DNA from: an uncultured virus (IMG/VR IMGVR_UViG_3300024260_000007) | Taxonomy: Duplodnaviria; Heunggongvirae; Uroviricota; Caudoviricetes | Reading direction: 5' to 3' (one strand) | IMG/VR virus record: IMGVR_UViG_3300024260_000007 | DNA: 20,000 bases | Shown here: in pieces, positions 5,220 to 14,563 of the stretch | Layout: each line of letters begins with the position of its first letter | How positions within the stretch are numbered: the stretch's first letter is position 1 | The notes under the pieces: generated by a model | What the model was told of the DNA's origin: nothing | Databases searched by the model: none | Seen by the model: the letters and a program-made list of their open reading frames with translations, nothing else | Made by a program: the position numbers and the translations under genes

Positions 5220-8200
5220 ATGGGTAATATCGCAGACGGAATCAAGGGATACGGAACACAGCAGATACAAAAGGACAACGAAGAGTCGTATCTACAGTCT
5301 TTACTCGACGGCACGACTGAGTTTGCATCTGACTTCGATGAAGGCGCCCAGAACCTGGCCTCTTCTATACTACCCGAAGGTTGGGTAGACCCATACACAC
5401 CTACTGTAGCAGAAACACCCAGTGAAATAGCCCACCTAGATTCCCTTAGGCAAAAGTTTCCTGACAAAACAGACGAAGAGCTACTGAGTCCGTCCTTTGG
5501 TAATACAGTAAACAAGTTTGCGCAAAGCGCGACAACGGTTACTGGAAACATGGCATCTGGCGCGCACCGCTTGTTGAGTACAGACACTTCTATAGCTAAT
5601 GCACTAGCAGCAGAGTTCGCAGAACAAAACTACACAGCCCTCCCTACAAACATACCCTTTGCACCAGGAGATACATACTCCCAAACAGGCGTCGAGCAAC
5701 CAAAGCCTGACTTCCAAGGCATACAGGACGAGTACAACGCGCTAGCTAGCAAGAATTACGAAGATTTTGATGTGGACGAGAAGGCCTTCTGGAACAGTGA
5801 GGCCGGAAATAAGCTGCACGGTATTAACAAAGACGTACAGAAGTATAAACACGCCCATGAAAACATAGAGCGGTTCAAGACCTCGATGGATGAGTACGTT
5901 GTGAGAACTGTTGAGGACTACAGGGCGGACGAGAAGTTCTCAGAGACATATAAAAATAGCGGGGGTGGTGTTACAGGAACCCTATCGGGCATGCTTGAGA
6001 TGGTCTCAGATAATCCAGAACTAGCACCAGTCTCGTTTATAGAAAACTTACCTTATATGCTTGCGTTCGCTTACGGCGGAGCAGCTACAAAAGTAACCCT
6101 GATAGCAGCGAAAGATGAAGAAAACCTAGCAGCGTTTGTGAAAGAGAAGGGTAGAGAGCCTACCCTGAAAGAAAGAGCACGTATCACAGTAGATTCGGTC
6201 GGTAGCGTTCTAATGGAGAGCTTTGGTGATAAGTATGTGCTTCGCGGCAAGGTAAGCAGTGTATTCAAAAATATTAATAAGATATTACCACCTGGTTTAA
6301 CTAGGGTAATAGGTAGTACCGGCACAGAGACTATTTCAGGAGCAGGCTCAGAGGCTTTTGACCAAGATGCTAGGCTGCAAGATTTAAGTAAACTTGACGA
6401 TGTAGCGATAGCGAACTCAGCTGCACGTGAAGGTATCGCAGGCCTTGGTGGCGGCGGTGTTGGTGTAGCCCGGGAGTCGTTAAACAATCCTGCACTACTC
6501 GATAAGATAGACAAAATAACTCAGAACAACCCAGGGATATTCCCACCAGAGTTGAATGTTAGTAGCATGATGATGGGCGACAAAACCCTAGAATCTATGC
6601 CAAAACCGGACCTAGTACAGCAGTCTTGGAGAGCGACAGCCGAGGATATGGACAAAGAGGGCACTCCTATGCAGCAAATCTGGGAAGAGACAGGGTTTGT
6701 GAAGAAGGGTGACGGCAAATGGCGCTTTGAGGTGGACGATGCAAGCGCAGAACTGACCGCTGAGGGAGTAAGCGTAATAGAATCTAGAGGGGGTGCTGCG
6801 GATTTGCACGATTATAAGCTAGGGCAGATACTTAAGCACGATGAGATGTATAAAGTTGCACCTGGTCTGAAAGACTCGAAAGTTAGGTTCTATAAAGGTA
6901 GGAGCAGCTCGAGAGGGTACTACAACGACGAAAACGACACTCTGTACTTAAACTTAAACCGTTTCGGTGCAAACGCGACAGGCCCAGGCGCAACGGCAGG
7001 ACTCGCTGCAAAAGACGTGATTGACCTAGAGGAAAGAATTGAAAACCTAAAGGCAGACCCTAAGAAGAGTGATAAAGTGTTCCCGGGACAGTTAAAGTCG
7101 TGGGAAACCAACGAAAAACAGATTGAAGAGCTAGAGAAACGCCTAGCCAACCGTAAAAAGGACCTAAAGACTCGTACTGACAGTGATTTAGAGACAACGC
7201 TTCACGAGGTGCAGCATGCCGTACAGCAAAGAGAGGGTTTTGCAAGAGGCGGTAGTCCAGAGGAGTTCATAAAAGAGGTGAAGGCAGAGATGCCGTGGCT
7301 GACTAGTGCAGAAAAGATTAGGGAAGAAGCGCACGATCGGTATGTGAGACTACTAGGTGAGCAGGAATCTAACGAGACAGGCATGTCGGTAGAAAATGGC
7401 GGGCGTAGGGGAATGACCCCGGAGCAGCTGAAGGGCACTATGCCCGGCCAAATGGGTACTAATGACACAGCCCTGTACGAGCCAATCATCAAAGACCACA
7501 AGGGAACTCAGTGGAAGATGGAGAGTACGGATGAGGAGCGCTACAAGGCAAGCCTAATTGAAGACAAAGAGCTAACCCCACTAGAGCAAGAGCGTCTTAA
7601 CGAGACTACGGAAGACTGGAACAAGCGACTAGAGGCAGAAGCCCCTATAGAACTCATTAGAGACGAAAAAGGCAACTTCCCAGGTGAGAAAGGCGTTTCA
7701 TATACTACAGAAGAGTTCCGAGCGTTTCAAAAAGCACAAGGCACAGCTAAAAAGGCCTATAAAGACAAGAGAAACAAAGCAAGGGCACAGTTCTTCAGAG
7801 ACAACGCACAGAACACCCCTAAGCAGATGAGTGAGGAATACAAAAGCTCTTCAAAACCGTTAGAAAGACACCAAACAGGCATGATAGACCAGATGTCGAA
7901 TGATGATATAGCATTAGTTGGCGGTATGCGCTCAGGTAACTCCAAAGGAGACGAAACACGTAGGATGTATACCCTGTACGACATGAAAAACATGGATGAG
8001 GACTTCGCTAACGCACAGGACCAAGAAATAGGTAATATACAACTGTTTACAGAAGATGCTACTGATAAGATACGGGGTATTGTAGATATCAAGATACCTA
8101 CGAGCAAAAGGAAGCAAGGGCATGCTAGAAAAGCGATTGAGTCGATTGTAGCCTCTGAGTTCTCAAATAAACCGTTCAAGATATATGATATAACGAAGAC

Positions 8201-10478
8201 AGCGTACCCATTCTGGAAGAAGATGGGCGTTACTTTCGTTAATCACGACTTCGGAAAGGATATCGGCGATACGGTAGGTAAGAGACATAGACTAAAAGGC
8301 AGCTGGGGCACCGTGAACGCCTACATAGGAACTGACGCAGACATCAAGAAGACATTGAAAAAAGCCGCTAAAACTAGGGCAGACGAGGCGTATAAAGCCC
8401 AGCTAACAGCTCCCGTAGACGACCTAGGCTTCTACTCAAAAGCAGAGAAAGCTGTACGTTCGATAAAGAAGGGGGAGCTAAGGCCTGAGTTAGTGTTTAG
8501 TATTACTAAGAAGGGTAAAGCAGTAGGTGTCCTGCCTGAAGCAGGGGTATCTACAGAACAGATTAAAAACATGGGTATAGATAGGATACTTCAGGAAAAG
8601 ACCGCAAACGGTGAGAATATAACCAAGCAGGAGCTATTTGATTTTGTAACTAAGAATAAGACACAGTTCAGCAGCGAGGAATATATGTCTTCTGGGGGCG
8701 CCGATGTAATACTGGACGATATCTCTATGGTCGGGCAGCCGGGTGCTAATGTGACTATGGGTGATGACGAGGGAAGAGTTGCGACATTTGCTGAAGAGGC
8801 CCTGGCGTACCTAGGGCACGACAATACAGATTCCGACATCAGCTGGGAGGAGATTATTAGTAGAGTGCATAAATACGACCCTACTAATTTCCCTGCTAAC
8901 AACACTACGAAGGCGTATGAGATAGACCTTAAACTTAAAGCACTCAGGAGTAAAGAGGGTGCTAGGGATAGGTTCACAGGGACGTTGGAGGAGGACTGGG
9001 CGGAGTACCAAGAATTAGAGAAGCAGAGGGACGCTTTACTGAAGGACAATTACGATGTGGCTGGAGTAGACGAGCTTAAAGCGAAGAACGGCAAGCTATC
9101 TGATAGGTGGAGGGAGGTATCACGCCAAATTTATGAACACATAGGAGACAAGACCCTTAGGCAGCTTGTTGAGAGCGGAGACCCTACTGCTATTGCGTTA
9201 CAAACAGACAGAAACAGAATAAACTCCCAAAGGCAGGCACTAGACTTTCAGATAGACATAGGCGAGAAGACACCCAGGGACTGGTCTGGCGACCTTAAGA
9301 GAGAACTACTTGAGAATGGAGGGGTTGATGCTTACGAAGATATAGACAACCCTGCTCTAGTGAACGCACTATCTCAGGCAGCCGAGGGCGCCGCGCAGGC
9401 TAAGTATGAGGCAGATGCTATATACGACTGGGGCATCGAAACAGCTGCAGGAGAGTACAGCGTGCGTCTGGACCCTGAGGAAATGTCTTATGATATATCA
9501 GGACCTCGTAGTGAGAGAGTGGGCGAGTACAATCATCAGGAGGATGTAATAAGCGCTATCCGAAGAGACCTACAAAACTCTTATAATATAAACGGGACAG
9601 GGAACACCGAGTGGTCTCACTGGACAGCTAACGAAGGTAATGACGTAGACCTAGGCACATACCGTGAAATACCTATATTTACAACTCCCCTAGAAGGACA
9701 GGAAACTGCTACTAGGGAGCAGATTGGAGGGCATTCTATGGGTGGTGTTTCTGACGAGAATACTATTTCCCATCTAAGAGTATCCGACAAGCTGGACTCA
9801 TCCGATGAGAAGGTCTTATATATACATGAGCAGCAGTCGGACTGGGCACAGACAGCTAGAGAGGTAGGTGTAACTGAGGAAGAAAATACTAATAATCTTA
9901 AAAAGGCGCATGTTGCCATGCGTAAGCTGTCCGAAAGTCGGGACATGTGGGCTGAGAGGTTAGATAGTGCTGCTAGTATGGCAGCGTCAGAGATACGAAA
10001 GGAACTCCAGAAAATAGATACCAAGATTAGTAATAAGAGAAGAAGCATAGAGAAAATCAAGGAGGGGCCTATACCTAAGCCACCTATGGGCGTTATAGAG
10101 GCTATGGAAGTATCCTTGCAGACAGCTATTAAGATAGCTGCAGATGAAGGATACTCTAAAGTAGCGTGGTCAACCCCTGAGGAGCAGACAGGGGTGTACG
10201 GTACAGGTTTCGAGGAACTATACGAAAACCACTACGGTAAAAACATACCGAAGTACGCTAAAAAATATGCTGAAAAGTATGGCTCTCACACAGGTAAGGT
10301 AAAACTACACAGTAAGAAACAAAAAAACGCAACAGAGTATGGTTATATAGAGGTAACTGACGAACTTAAGAAGCATGTACAGAAAGGAATGGGGTACGCA
10401 AAAGGCGGGCTGGTGACAAATAGCCCTTCAGAACGGCAGTTTGCGCACAAAGATTACCTAAATTCCTTAATTAAATAA
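5220..10478 (+). CDS. Large polyvalent, probably virion-delivered protein of 1752 aa (LPD23-like, zincin HExxH metallopeptidase, GNAT-like and an unassigned C-terminal domain)
   Basis: IWEETGFVKKGDGKWRFEVDD (LPD23-like); TLHEVQHAVQQREGFARGG...YVRLLGE (peptidase); IPTSKRKQGHARKAI...AYPFWKKMG (GNAT motifs); GFYS...YREI...SHLR...VLYIHEQQSDWAQ...AADEGYSKVAW; terminal YAKGGLV. Confidence 0.8.
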   Translation: MGNIADGIKGYGTQQIQKDNEESYLQSLLDGTTEFASDFDEGAQNLASSILPEGWVDPYTPTVAETPSEIAHLDSLRQKFPDKTDEELLSPSFGNTVNKFAQSATTVTGNMASGAHRLLSTDTSIANALAAEFAEQNYTALPTNIPFAPGDTYSQTGVEQPKPDFQGIQDEYNALASKNYEDFDVDEKAFWNSEAGNKLHGINKDVQKYKHAHENIERFKTSMDEYVVRTVEDYRADEKFSETYKNSGGGVTGTLSGMLEMVSDNPELAPVSFIENLPYMLAFAYGGAATKVTLIAAKDEENLAAFVKEKGREPTLKERARITVDSVGSVLMESFGDKYVLRGKVSSVFKNINKILPPGLTRVIGSTGTETISGAGSEAFDQDARLQDLSKLDDVAIANSAAREGIAGLGGGGVGVARESLNNPALLDKIDKITQNNPGIFPPELNVSSMMMGDKTLESMPKPDLVQQSWRATAEDMDKEGTPMQQIWEETGFVKKGDGKWRFEVDDASAELTAEGVSVIESRGGAADLHDYKLGQILKHDEMYKVAPGLKDSKVRFYKGRSSSRGYYNDENDTLYLNLNRFGANATGPGATAGLAAKDVIDLEERIENLKADPKKSDKVFPGQLKSWETNEKQIEELEKRLANRKKDLKTRTDSDLETTLHEVQHAVQQREGFARGGSPEEFIKEVKAEMPWLTSAEKIREEAHDRYVRLLGEQESNETGMSVENGGRRGMTPEQLKGTMPGQMGTNDTALYEPIIKDHKGTQWKMESTDEERYKASLIEDKELTPLEQERLNETTEDWNKRLEAEAPIELIRDEKGNFPGEKGVSYTTEEFRAFQKAQGTAKKAYKDKRNKARAQFFRDNAQNTPKQMSEEYKSSSKPLERHQTGMIDQMSNDDIALVGGMRSGNSKGDETRRMYTLYDMKNMDEDFANAQDQEIGNIQLFTEDATDKIRGIVDIKIPTSKRKQGHARKAIESIVASEFSNKPFKIYDITKTAYPFWKKMGVTFVNHDFGKDIGDTVGKRHRLKGSWGTVNAYIGTDADIKKTLKKAAKTRADEAYKAQLTAPVDDLGFYSKAEKAVRSIKKGELRPELVFSITKKGKAVGVLPEAGVSTEQIKNMGIDRILQEKTANGENITKQELFDFVTKNKTQFSSEEYMSSGGADVILDDISMVGQPGANVTMGDDEGRVATFAEEALAYLGHDNTDSDISWEEIISRVHKYDPTNFPANNTTKAYEIDLKLKALRSKEGARDRFTGTLEEDWAEYQELEKQRDALLKDNYDVAGVDELKAKNGKLSDRWREVSRQIYEHIGDKTLRQLVESGDPTAIALQTDRNRINSQRQALDFQIDIGEKTPRDWSGDLKRELLENGGVDAYEDIDNPALVNALSQAAEGAAQAKYEADAIYDWGIETAAGEYSVRLDPEEMSYDISGPRSERVGEYNHQEDVISAIRRDLQNSYNINGTGNTEWSHWTANEGNDVDLGTYREIPIFTTPLEGQETATREQIGGHSMGGVSDENTISHLRVSDKLDSSDEKVLYIHEQQSDWAQTAREVGVTEEENTNNLKKAHVAMRKLSESRDMWAERLDSAASMAASEIRKELQKIDTKISNKRRSIEKIKEGPIPKPPMGVIEAMEVSLQTAIKIAADEGYSKVAWSTPEEQTGVYGTGFEELYENHYGKNIPKYAKKYAEKYGSHTGKVKLHSKKQKNATEYGYIEVTDELKKHVQKGMGYAKGGLVTNSPSERQFAHKDYLNSLIK

Positions 10479-10495
10479 GCTAACTTCACATATAC

Positions 10496-10513
10496 TATAA
10501 TAAATGTTAAAAT
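10496..10513 (+). promoter_or_regulatory. Candidate promoter upstream of the portal gene
   Basis: TATAAT (10496-10501) and extended -10 TGtTAAAAT (10505-10513) in the AT-rich 60-nt intergenic gap. No clear -35. Confidence 0.5.
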
Positions 10514-10538
10514 CAAAAAACACAACTAGGAAACTACT

Positions 10539-13010
10539 ATGGCAATAGAACCCGCAATTGAAGCACCTTTAGCTCCAATGCCCTCTTCAGAGGACATGAT
10601 GGACGTAATAGGCAGTCAGATAGATACACAAGAGGACGGTTCTGTCATTGTAGATTTCGCCCCAGAAGACGAAACTGTAGAGGACGAAGGTCACTCTGCC
10701 AACCTAGCGGAAGTCTTAGACGATGACTACTTAGAAGAAATAGCAGCAGAACTGATTGATTTATATGAAGAAGACAGAGCGTCGCGTAGCGATTGGGAAG
10801 AAGTCTATACCAAAGGAATCAGCCTTCTTGGTCTTAAAATCGAAGAAAGAGACGAGCCCTTCCCAGGCGCGTCGGGCGTTCATCACCCTATCCTCGCAGA
10901 AGCGGTAACTCAGTTCCAGTCGCAGGCATTCAAAGAGATGTGCCCTGCAAACGGTCCTGTGGATACAGCCATTGTAGGAATTGAAACAGACGAGAAAGTC
11001 GCGCAAAGCAATCGTGTCAAGGAGTTCTTGAACTATAACGTACTACATGTAATGGAAGAGTTTGAGTCTGAGATGGACCAAATGCTGTTCTATCTCCCTC
11101 TTTCAGGCAGTGCCTTCAAGAAGATTTACTACGATAACGCTATTGACCGTCCTGTGAGTACTTATATTACAGCAGAAGACCTTGTCGTTCCTTATGAGAC
11201 AACTGACCTACGTACAGCTAGTCGCGTAACTCATGTTATTCGTATGTCGGCAAACGATATCAGAAAACAGCAGCAGGTAGGGTTTTACTCTAGCACTGAC
11301 GAGGTTGGTCAGGGCTCTGAGTTATATGAGACAGGCGCTAGGAGTATCCTGGACGAGGCTGTAGGCCAACAAAACAACACAGGCATTGCGGGAGACTATA
11401 ACGATATACACACCCTGCTTGAGATGCACATTGATTTAGATTTAGAAGGGTTTGAAGATGAAGATGAGGACGGTAAAACAGGTATTGCTATACCTTACAT
11501 TATTACCATTGATAAAGACACTGAAAGAGTACTATCTATACGTAAAAATTGGAAAGAAGGTGATGACAGCAGAAAGAAAATAGCTTATTTCTGTCATTAT
11601 AAGTTTCTACCGGGACTAGGTTTCTACGGTTTCGGTTTAATCCACATGATTGGTGGCGTTACTTACGCAGCAACTGCTATCTTGCGCCAATTGATTGACG
11701 CAGGTACCTTGTCTAATCTACCGGGTGGTTTTAAAGCCAGAGGATTACGTATCCAAGGCGAGGATGAGCCGATTGCACCTGGCGAGTGGCGCGATGTAGA
11801 CACGACAGGAGCCTCTATTAGAGACTCTCTAATGCCGTTACCATACAAAGAGCCCTCTAACACGTTATCGGCGCTGTTAGGCGTACTGGTGGACACAGGT
11901 AGACGCTTTGCTTCAATCACAGACACTCAAGTAGGTGACTCACGTCAGGACATGCCTGTAGGCACAACTGTAGCACTACTAGAGAAAGGCTCTCAAATCA
12001 TGTCTGCGGTACATAAACGCTTACACGGCGCGCAGAAGATGGAATTTAAGATGTTGGCACGTATCATTCACGAGAATATGCCTGATGACTACCCATACGA
12101 AGTAGAGGGTGGCGAGAATATGATTAAGAAGACTGATTTTGACGAGCGTGTAGACGTGATTCCTGTATCAGACCCTAATATCTTCTCAATGGCTCAGCGC
12201 GTGATGATGGCACAGCAACAGCTTAATCTAGCTCAAGCATCCCCTGAAATTCACGATGTCAGAGAGGCTTATAAGCGTATGTACCATGCTCTAGGTGTAG
12301 ATAATGTAGATAAACTACTACCTCCAGAGCCAGAATTGGAGGCACTAGACCCTATTACAGAGAATATGAACTCGATGACAGGCCGCCCTATGAAGGCGTT
12401 TGAAGAGCAGAACCATGATGCTCACATCGAAGCACACATGCAAATACTACAAAACCCTGCATATCAGCAGATTCAAGGCATGCAAGCGGTACTTACAGCC
12501 CATATCCAAGAGCATTACGCACTTAAATACAAGGTTGAAGCAGAGCAAATGCTTGGTCAGCCTATCCCACAAGATGTGGAAGACCCAGAAATGGCATCGC
12601 AGATTGCACAGAAGGCGGCGCAGGTTACATCTCAAATCACAGGTAAAGACCAGCAGATGGCTCAAGCTATGCAGCAACCGCCTATTGACCCTGCTACCCA
12701 GGCTAAGATGGAGCAAGAAACCGCTAAACTCCAGCAGAAAGATAAGGCTGACGAGGAGCGCGGTGCTATTGAACTCACTAAACTGAAGTCGCAAGAGAAG
12801 ATGGCGCGTGAGAAGATGGACTTAGAGTATCAGAAACACCAAGAAACTATAGCAGCAGACAGAGAGAACTCTCTACTGGACGCTGATATTGCAGAGGGTC
12901 AGATGTATACCCAATTGTTAAATGAGCAGAAACGCTCATCCACTCAAAAGGAGCTTACAAATGCCCGGAAAAAAGAAGGGTCCGCCACCAAGCAAGGGAC
13001 CAGTAAGTAA
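10539..13010 (+). CDS. Portal protein (P22/podovirus-like, with a long C-terminal helical barrel)
   Basis: 823 aa, downstream of TerL. Motifs HSANLAE, SRSDWE, EPFPGASGVHHPILAEA, LPLSGSAFKKIYYD, FLPGLGFYGFGLIH and LRQLIDAGTLSNLPGGFK. The C-terminus is a Q/E-rich coiled coil. Confidence 0.9.
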   Translation: MAIEPAIEAPLAPMPSSEDMMDVIGSQIDTQEDGSVIVDFAPEDETVEDEGHSANLAEVLDDDYLEEIAAELIDLYEEDRASRSDWEEVYTKGISLLGLKIEERDEPFPGASGVHHPILAEAVTQFQSQAFKEMCPANGPVDTAIVGIETDEKVAQSNRVKEFLNYNVLHVMEEFESEMDQMLFYLPLSGSAFKKIYYDNAIDRPVSTYITAEDLVVPYETTDLRTASRVTHVIRMSANDIRKQQQVGFYSSTDEVGQGSELYETGARSILDEAVGQQNNTGIAGDYNDIHTLLEMHIDLDLEGFEDEDEDGKTGIAIPYIITIDKDTERVLSIRKNWKEGDDSRKKIAYFCHYKFLPGLGFYGFGLIHMIGGVTYAATAILRQLIDAGTLSNLPGGFKARGLRIQGEDEPIAPGEWRDVDTTGASIRDSLMPLPYKEPSNTLSALLGVLVDTGRRFASITDTQVGDSRQDMPVGTTVALLEKGSQIMSAVHKRLHGAQKMEFKMLARIIHENMPDDYPYEVEGGENMIKKTDFDERVDVIPVSDPNIFSMAQRVMMAQQQLNLAQASPEIHDVREAYKRMYHALGVDNVDKLLPPEPELEALDPITENMNSMTGRPMKAFEEQNHDAHIEAHMQILQNPAYQQIQGMQAVLTAHIQEHYALKYKVEAEQMLGQPIPQDVEDPEMASQIAQKAAQVTSQITGKDQQMAQAMQQPPIDPATQAKMEQETAKLQQKDKADEERGAIELTKLKSQEKMAREKMDLEYQKHQETIAADRENSLLDADIAEGQMYTQLLNEQKRSSTQKELTNARKKEGSATKQGTSK

Positions 13011-13059
13011 CGGTATTCCATATGGAAACCGCAAATAGTATGCAGAAAAGGAGAAAAGT

Positions 13060-13260
13060 ATGCACGACGCAAGCACGTTCGCGGAGGAGCTTTTAAAGCG
13101 CTTACGTAACGATAAACAAGCTATTGAAACAGCCTGTGCTGTTGGTAATGTCCCAGATTGGGATTCATACCAGCATTTAAAAGGTACCTACAAGGGCTTA
13201 GCTCTGGTGGAGAGTAACATTTTAGAACTATTGGGTAATATGACCAAAGCAGATACATAA
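13060..13260 (+). CDS. Small hypothetical head-module protein, 66 aa
   Basis: RBS AAGGAG. The pattern G.V.DW..YQ.L.G...GL is typical of the small gene between portal and GroES in this phage type. Confidence 0.75.
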   Translation: MHDASTFAEELLKRLRNDKQAIETACAVGNVPDWDSYQHLKGTYKGLALVESNILELLGNMTKADT

Positions 13261-13299
13261 TGCGTTCAAGCTGCGTTTCAGCTTGCTAAAGGAGAAAAG

Positions 13300-13680
13300 A
13301 TGATAAATAAGAACGAAATAGACCCTCGGGAGCTAACTCCTGAGGATTTAGAAGGTATTCCTACGCCGACCGGCTATAGGATGTTAATGGTTCCATACGC
13401 ACCCCCAAAGACTACTAAGAGCGGCATTATTGTGTCTGACGCGATGCATAAAGCTGAAACAGTAGCCTCTACGGTAGGGTATGTAGTTAAGATGGGGCCT
13501 GACTGTTATAAAGACAAGAGCAGGTACCCAGATGGGCCATGGTGTACAGAAGGGAGCTTTGTTCTCTTCGGTCGCTATGCAGGTGCTCGTATCCAGAGAG
13601 ATAATCTGGAGATGAGGATTTTAAATGATGACGAGATTCTGGCGTTGATTGAAGACCCAGAAAAGTATCTCGCTTACTAG
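13300..13680 (+). CDS. groES: Phage-encoded co-chaperonin GroES (Cpn10)
   Basis: PTGYRMLM, mobile loop KTTKSGIIV, GYVVKMGP, GSFVLFGRYAG and RILNDDEILALI. RBS AAGGAG. Confidence 0.92.
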   Translation: MINKNEIDPRELTPEDLEGIPTPTGYRMLMVPYAPPKTTKSGIIVSDAMHKAETVASTVGYVVKMGPDCYKDKSRYPDGPWCTEGSFVLFGRYAGARIQRDNLEMRILNDDEILALIEDPEKYLAY

Positions 13681-13690
13681 GAGAAGTAAA

Positions 13691-14563
13691 ATGGCAAACA
13701 TAGAAAATGCTGAAGAAGTTGACTACGAGCTAGAAGAAGGCGTAGAGTTAGAGGAGTCACAAGAGGCTAAGCTAGAGATAGTAGCGGACGCAGCTGAGGA
13801 CGAGTTAGAGGAGTACTCAGACGGAGTACAGAAACGAATTAAGAAACTTACTTATAAATACAGAGAGGCTGAGAGAAAAGAAAAAGCTGCGCTGGATTTT
13901 GCCCGTGGTGTAAACGACGAGCTTACGAAAGTAAAGAAAAGACTTAACCAATCAGACAAGACTCTTATGGGTGAATATGAAGGCAGACTAGATGGGCAGC
14001 TTGAGAAAGCACGCTCGGACTATAAGACTGCTTTTGATACAGGCGACTCTACAAAAGCAACAGAGGCAAACGAAAGACTAGCCAAACTAGCTAGTGAAAG
14101 AGATACTGTTGAGCGCGCAAGACGCCGTAAAGAATCAGAGTGGGAGGCTTCCGACAAAGAGCTAGAAACTACTACTGCTTTTGATAATCAGATAAACCAG
14201 CAGTTCCAGCAGAACGCTCCTACAGACGATAGAGCAGTAGAGTGGGCTAAGGAAAACTCATGGTTTGGTAAAGACGAGGCGATGACAGCATCAGCTTTCG
14301 CTTTCCATAATAAACTAGTAACTGAAGAGGGGGTTGACCCGACGTCGGATGAGTACTATAATGAAGTTAATGAACGAATGCGTGAGGCGTTCCCGCACAA
14401 GTTCAAAGCAAACAACCGAACGACTCAGACGGTTGCAGGCAGCTCTCGCAAAGCAGCCCAGAAATCTGGACGCAAAGTAAGGTTATCCGCAAGTGAAGTA
14501 GATATTGCTAAACGCTTAGGTGTACCTCTAGAAGAATACGCAAAGTATAAGGGGGCTAATTAA
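13691..14563 (+). CDS. Probable capsid scaffolding protein
   Basis: Acidic N-terminus, long coiled coil (YSDGVQKRIKKLT), W..ENSWFG, and C-terminal helix-turn-helix VRLSASEVDIAKRLGVPLEEYAK. Start moved to the ATG at 13691, which follows AGGAG. Confidence 0.8.
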   Translation: MANIENAEEVDYELEEGVELEESQEAKLEIVADAAEDELEEYSDGVQKRIKKLTYKYREAERKEKAALDFARGVNDELTKVKKRLNQSDKTLMGEYEGRLDGQLEKARSDYKTAFDTGDSTKATEANERLAKLASERDTVERARRRKESEWEASDKELETTTAFDNQINQQFQQNAPTDDRAVEWAKENSWFGKDEAMTASAFAFHNKLVTEEGVDPTSDEYYNEVNERMREAFPHKFKANNRTTQTVAGSSRKAAQKSGRKVRLSASEVDIAKRLGVPLEEYAKYKGAN

